DNA of 64,000 nucleotides from Escherichia coli (GTDB lineage Bacteria; Pseudomonadota; Gammaproteobacteria; Enterobacterales; Enterobacteriaceae): NCBI RefSeq assembly GCF_046105845.1, contig NZ_CP151004.1; one strand, 5' to 3'. Shown piece by piece: positions 61,841 to 64,000 of this stretch (position 1 is its first letter; each line of letters starts with the position of its first letter). The notes under the pieces were generated by a model. It saw only the letters and a program-made list of their open reading frames with translations, ran no database searches and was not told where the DNA came from. The position numbers and the translations under genes were made by a program.

Positions 61841-63013
61841 TTGCTGTTGAAACGCCGTCTTATTATTGCTGCTTCTTTGTTCATTTTTAACTTATCGTCT
61901 GGTTTTGCGGCGGAAAACATTCCTTTTTCACCTCAGCCTCCAGAGATTCATGCCGGGTCCTGGGTATTGATGGATTACACCACCGGTCAGATTCTCACCG
62001 CGGGTAATGAGCATCAACAGCGCAATCCCGCCAGCCTGACAAAGCTGATGACGGGCTATGTCGTGGATCGCGCTATCGATAGTCATCGCATTACGCCAGA
62101 CGATATTGTCACCGTGGGGCGCGATGCGTGGGCGAAAGATAATCCGGTATTTGTCGGTTCTTCACTGATGTTTCTGAAAGAGGGCGATCGCGTATCGGTA
62201 CGTGATTTAAGCCGTGGTTTAATTGTGGATTCCGGAAATGACGCTTGTGTTGCTCTGGCTGACTATATTGCCGGTGGGCAACGGCAGTTTGTTGAAATGA
62301 TGAACAACTATGCCGAGAAGCTGCATCTCAACGATACGCATTTTGAAACAGTGCATGGTCTGGATGCACCAGGCCAGCATAGCTCGGCTTATGATTTAGC
62401 TGTGCTTTCTCGCGCTATCATCCACGGCGAGCCCGAGTTTTATCATATGTACAGTGAGAAAAGTCTCACCTGGAACGGTATCACCCAGCAAAACCGTAAC
62501 GGGTTATTGTGGGATAAAACCATGAATGTTGACGGCCTGAAAACGGGTCATACTTCTGGTGCCGGGTTTAATCTCATTGCTTCGGCTGTCGATGGGCAGC
62601 GTCGTCTCATTGCAGTGGTAATGGGGGCTGACAGTGCAAAAGGTCGTGAGGAAGAGGCTAGAAAATTACTGCGTTGGGGGCAACAAAACTTTACTACGGT
62701 GCAAATTTTGCACCGTGGGAAAAAGGTCGGAACGGAACGCATCTGGTATGGCGATAAAGAAAATATCGACCTGGGAACGGAACAAGAGTTCTGGATGGTG
62801 CTACCGAAAGCCGAAATTCCACATATCAAAGCCAAATATACCCTTGATGGTAAAGAACTCACCGCGCCAATTAGCGCCCATCAGCGGGTAGGGGAAATTG
62901 AACTTTACGACCGTGATAAACAGGTGGCGCACTGGCCGCTGGTTACCCTGGAATCTGTCGGGGAAGGCAGCATGTTTTCCCGCCTGAGTGATTATTTCCA
63001 CCATAAGGCCTGA
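61841..63013 (+). CDS. dacD: D-alanyl-D-alanine carboxypeptidase DacD (PBP6b)
   Basis: 390 aa with signal peptide and SxxK active site (PASLTKLMT); apparent TTG start. Confidence 0.92.
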   Translation: MLLKRRLIIAASLFIFNLSSGFAAENIPFSPQPPEIHAGSWVLMDYTTGQILTAGNEHQQRNPASLTKLMTGYVVDRAIDSHRITPDDIVTVGRDAWAKDNPVFVGSSLMFLKEGDRVSVRDLSRGLIVDSGNDACVALADYIAGGQRQFVEMMNNYAEKLHLNDTHFETVHGLDAPGQHSSAYDLAVLSRAIIHGEPEFYHMYSEKSLTWNGITQQNRNGLLWDKTMNVDGLKTGHTSGAGFNLIASAVDGQRRLIAVVMGADSAKGREEEARKLLRWGQQNFTTVQILHRGKKVGTERIWYGDKENIDLGTEQEFWMVLPKAEIPHIKAKYTLDGKELTAPISAHQRVGEIELYDRDKQVAHWPLVTLESVGEGSMFSRLSDYFHHKA

Positions 63014-63099
63014 CCTTTCTTTTGCAGCAGACTGGCAGGAGTGCGAGTCTGCTCGCATAATCAACACTCATTCCTTGTGGTTTTAATATTGCAACTATG

Positions 63100-63115
63100 C
63101 TGTATATAAAAACAG
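63100..63115 (+). promoter_or_regulatory. LexA (SOS) box upstream of sbmC
   Basis: CTGTATATAAAAACAG matches the CTGT-N8-ACAG LexA consensus, 17 bp upstream of the sbmC start. Confidence 0.8.
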
Positions 63116-63131
63116 TGTTAATGGAGGCGTC

Positions 63132-63605
63132 ATGAACTACGAGATTAAGCAGGAAGATAAACGTACCGTTGCAGGTTTCCATCTCGTTGGCCCGTGGGAG
63201 CAGACGGTAAAGAAAGGTTTTGAGCAGTTGATGATGTGGGTAGATAACAAAAATATTGTGCCGAAGGAGTGGGTTGCTGTCTATTACGACAATCCAGATG
63301 AAACACCCGCCGAAAAATTACGCTGCGACACCGTCGTGACGGTACCGAATAACTTTACGCTCCCCGAAAACAGTGAGGGCGTCATTCTGACAGAAATTTC
63401 AGGTGGTCAGTATGCGGTTGCGGTGGCTCGTGTAGTCGGTGATGATTTTGCTAAACCCTGGTATCAGTTCTTTAATAGCCTCTTGCAGGACAGTGCTTAT
63501 GAAATGTTACCAAAGCCCTGCTTCGAGGTTTATTTGAACAATGGCGCGGAAGAGGGGTACTGGGATATCGAAATGTATGTTGCGGTGCAGCCAAAACATC
63601 ACTAA
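63132..63605 (+). CDS. sbmC: DNA gyrase inhibitor SbmC (GyrI)
   Basis: 157 aa, [25 protein letters not shown]... Confidence 0.93.
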   Translation: MNYEIKQEDKRTVAGFHLVGPWEQTVKKGFEQLMMWVDNKNIVPKEWVAVYYDNPDETPAEKLRCDTVVTVPNNFTLPENSEGVILTEISGGQYAVAVARVVGDDFAKPWYQFFNSLLQDSAYEMLPKPCFEVYLNNGAEEGYWDIEMYVAVQPKHH

Positions 63606-63803
63606 TTCATCTCAGGGCGGTGTGTTAACGCGAAGACCACTCTTTTTTTTGAAAGCGAAAAGAGTAAGATGCGCCTTTCAATTTTTTCGCTCCTGCCGGG
63701 AAATTACACTGTTCCCGGTTTGTCCGTCGGATAATTCAGAGGCGCGCCTTCTGGCCGACAGATGTGTTATGAGCGCTTTTAATCTTCATTACGGAGTTTC
63801 TGC

Positions 63804-64000
63804 GTGCGTGCCGATAAGTCATTAAGCCCGTTTGAAATCCGGGTATACCGCCATTACCGCATTGTGCATGGTACTCGGGTCGCGCTGGCATTCCTGCTCA
63901 CTTTTCTCATTATCCGCCTGTTTACTATCCCGGAAAGCACCTGGCCGCTGGTCACCATGGTGGTGATTATGGGGCCAATCTCGTTCTGGGGTAACGTTGT
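63804..64000 (+). CDS. yeeA: Inner membrane protein YeeA (FUSC family), 5' portion; 3' partial
   Basis: GTG start, VRADKSLSPFEIRVYRHYRIVHGTRVALAFLLTFLIIRLF..., open to the window end. Confidence 0.7.
   Translation, partial: MRADKSLSPFEIRVYRHYRIVHGTRVALAFLLTFLIIRLFTIPESTWPLVTMVVIMGPISFWGNV

Overview
This window reads as an Escherichia coli-type chromosomal segment covering the colanic acid, O-antigen and histidine loci; no search was run, so identifications rest on the translations, remembered protein families and gene order. Left to right: the 5' end of dgcE (minus strand, missing from the ORF track), udk, dcd, asmA, yegH, then the complete 20-gene colanic acid cluster wza-wzb-wzc-wcaABCDEF-gmd-fcl-gmm-wcaI-manC-manB-wcaJ-wzxC-wcaKLM, then galF. 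Next is a serotype-specific O-antigen cluster: JUMPstart/ops, rmlBDAC, then an AT-rich cassette (about 34.0-42.1 kb) encoding two GT2 and two GT4 glycosyltransferases (one GT2 is WbbL-like), Wzx, Wzy, an ATP-grasp-like enzyme and a GalE-family epimerase. This is followed by gnd, a divergent ugd allele with a convergent UDP-glucuronate 4-epimerase gene (gla), a roughly 100-bp relic of the ancestral ugd 3' end, and wzz. The rest is the his operon on the minus strand (hisL leader and attenuator through hisI), yeeZ, yeeY, plaP, yeeE-yeeD, sbcB, dacD, sbmC with a LexA box, and the start of yeeA. The most interesting part is the O-antigen cassette, specifically the ATP-grasp gene together with the gla insertion, which suggests an amidated galacturonic acid in the O-unit. 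I found no CRISPR array, IS element, phage or defence island; the hisL-yeeZ spacer carries only REP-like repeats. Many long antisense ORFs in the track are shadows of the GC-rich genes.
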